From contig OZ223496.1 in the NCBI GenBank assembly GCA_965140785.1, positions 32,001-96,000 of the forward strand: a stretch of 64,000 bases of DNA. The letters run 5' to 3'. The notes below the pieces were generated by a model that worked only from the letters and a program-made list of their open reading frames with translations, was not told the origin of the DNA and made no database searches. Both the position numbers and the translations under genes were made by a program. Every line of letters begins with the position of its first letter. Within the stretch, counting starts at the first letter, position 1. Shown in pieces: positions 62,497-64,000 of the stretch. Source of the DNA: an uncultured Ruficoccus sp. (lineage in GTDB: Bacteria > Verrucomicrobiota > Verrucomicrobiia > Opitutales > Cerasicoccaceae).

Positions 62497-64000
62497 ATTT
62501 CCTCGTCGCTGAGCCATTGGAAATCCACCACCACGAAACGCCGCCCCAGAAGCTCGTTGGTTCCCGAGAGGACAGCCAAGCCCGCGGCAGCGGCCTCGTC
62601 GGCCTGCACGGGGGTATGGGCCACGTTGGTCTCACTGTCAACAAATTCGGGCACGCGCTGCAGGACCGCTTCGCACATCGCGCTGACCGTTTCGCCGGTC
62701 ACCGGATTGATCGATTCGCCATAGGCGCGAATGCGGAACGTGTCGGAACGGGCGCTGAGCACGCTGCCCAACCGCGCCAGCAGATCCGCCTGACTGAGCC
62801 AGCCAGGGATATTTTCCGTGCGCCAACCGGCCTCAGCCTCGGGCACCACCCCGGCGATACCGCTGGGCACCACTGCCATCGAGCCTTCTTGCAGGCCCGC
62901 ATTGATACCGGCCTTGTCGATGGCCGCGGCCAAGGCCCCGCGCAGGCGGAACGCATTTTCGGAGTCTTCGCTCGCGGGCGCGTCACGCCCGGGCATCCGG
63001 TTGACAAATTGCGCCAGACTGCCGAAGGGACCGCGAAGTTTGATCTCTTCAACGATGCTCTCGGCCAAGTCCTCGATCTGATCGGCATCCAGCCGCCGGT
63101 AGCCCCGGAAGGCATCGGCGTCGGCAACCGTAGGGTCGCTCAAAGGGCCGGCGACGGGAACATCCGTGCGCAAATAGGGCGAGTGCTGCCCGCCCACGCC
63201 GGCATCGTCCACCATACCGTCACGGCGCGTCACATCATCCTCGTAAAAGGAAGCCAGCAGCGCCCGCCAAGCCTCCACCGACGTGCTGTTAATGTTAAAG
63301 GCGCCCTCCACCAATAAGTCCGCCGCCGCCTGGTCGATATCCGAGCGTGGCTCGTCTCCAGTCGCTGGGGCGGCGACCAAGCGCGGATTTTCCGGCGAGT
63401 TGTCCGCAGCCGTCCCCGGCAAGGTAGAGAAGAAGTACCGGTCCCACAACGCAGCGTTGAGCTTGTAGGAGAAGTCATGATGGACCCCGTCGAAGGCGTA
63501 GTCCGCGTTCGTGGTACCGGGGCCGTCCGCCCACCGCATGTCCACCGCATCCAGCGGAATGTACGGGTCGGCGCGGCTGTTGCCGATGACGTAGGCCGGA
63601 ATGAGATTTCCGAAATAGGCGTTCTTCATCTGCGTATGCAAGTCCCCGCCGTCATAGAAGAGCGGCGCGTGCATCAACTGCCCGATGCTGCGCAGGTCGG
63701 CTCGCCCGGGCGCGGGCTGAAACAACACCGTCTCGTCGATGGTGTTTTCAGAGTAGCCCACCGGCACCCGGCTCACGGGCGCATCGAAGCCAAGCGCTCG
63801 CTCATCCCCACCGATATGCATCATGGTCCCATAGGAGGGATTGGTTGTCACCTCATAGTAGGAGGCCCCGGCGAAGCTATAGGGAAGCGGGCCATGCATC
63901 CGGGCGCGCGGGTTATTCTGCCCGAGCCAGCAGCGTGTGTCGGGCCAGACGATCGCCTTCTCGACCTTCCAGCAGGGCACGTTGTCGATATAGGTATGCA
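62493..64000 (-). CDS. C-terminal part of a large verrucomicrobial PilX/GspK-like (Verru_Chthon cassette A-type) protein
   Basis: GAFNINSTSVEAWRALL, RGPFGSLAQFVNR, QADLL..LSARSDTFRIRAYG, CEAVLQR, GRRFVVVDFQWL; open at the right edge. Confidence 0.7.
   Translation of the reverse strand, partial: HTYIDNVPCWKVEKAIVWPDTRCWLGQNNPRARMHGPLPYSFAGASYYEVTTNPSYGTMMHIGGDERALGFDAPVSRVPVGYSENTIDETVLFQPAPGRADLRSIGQLMHAPLFYDGGDLHTQMKNAYFGNLIPAYVIGNSRADPYIPLDAVDMRWADGPGTTNADYAFDGVHHDFSYKLNAALWDRYFFSTLPGTAADNSPENPRLVAAPATGDEPRSDIDQAAADLLVEGAFNINSTSVEAWRALLASFYEDDVTRRDGMVDDAGVGGQHSPYLRTDVPVAGPLSDPTVADADAFRGYRRLDADQIEDLAESIVEEIKLRGPFGSLAQFVNRMPGRDAPASEDSENAFRLRGALAAAIDKAGINAGLQEGSMAVVPSGIAGVVPEAEAGWRTENIPGWLSQADLLARLGSVLSARSDTFRIRAYGESINPVTGETVSAMCEAVLQRVPEFVDSETNVAHTPVQADEAAAAGLAVLSGTNELLGRRFVVVDFQWLSDEEI

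Overview
High-GC bacterial DNA, most likely Verrucomicrobiota (Opitutales-like). This is inferred from the PEP-CTERM proteins, prepilin/H-X9-DG proteins and a large Verru/Chthon-type pilus-cassette protein. 1-14.9 kb is intact core genome: STAS protein, acnA, peroxiredoxin, MFS, tyrS, pgl-opcA-zwf, yraN, rsfS, nadD, a sigma-70 factor and exoD. 14.94-44.98 kb is a ~30 kb integrative element (tyrosine integrase plus HTH excisionase) bounded by a 42-43 bp direct repeat that is the 5' half of tRNA-Leu(CAA). The broken fragment stays in the native context and the intact tRNA sits at the right end. Inside the element, two near-identical dead IS3-family copies bracket a ~20.5 kb polysaccharide-utilisation cargo (PL8, two alginate-lyase-like proteins, GH106, sulfatase). 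45-64 kb is a second glycan-degradation region (GH1, SGNH esterase, heparinase II/III-like, multi-domain GH26). The main recurring pattern is a module seen three times with no SusC/SusD or TonB receptor: LacI-type regulator, PEP-CTERM surface protein, type IV prepilin-like protein, D-2-hydroxyacid dehydrogenase, lyase, and a Na+/solute symporter in two of the three. About ten single-base frameshifts, nearly all in homopolymers, fall only in the accessory DNA and could be assembly errors or real decay. All calls come from motif recognition by eye; no database searches were run.
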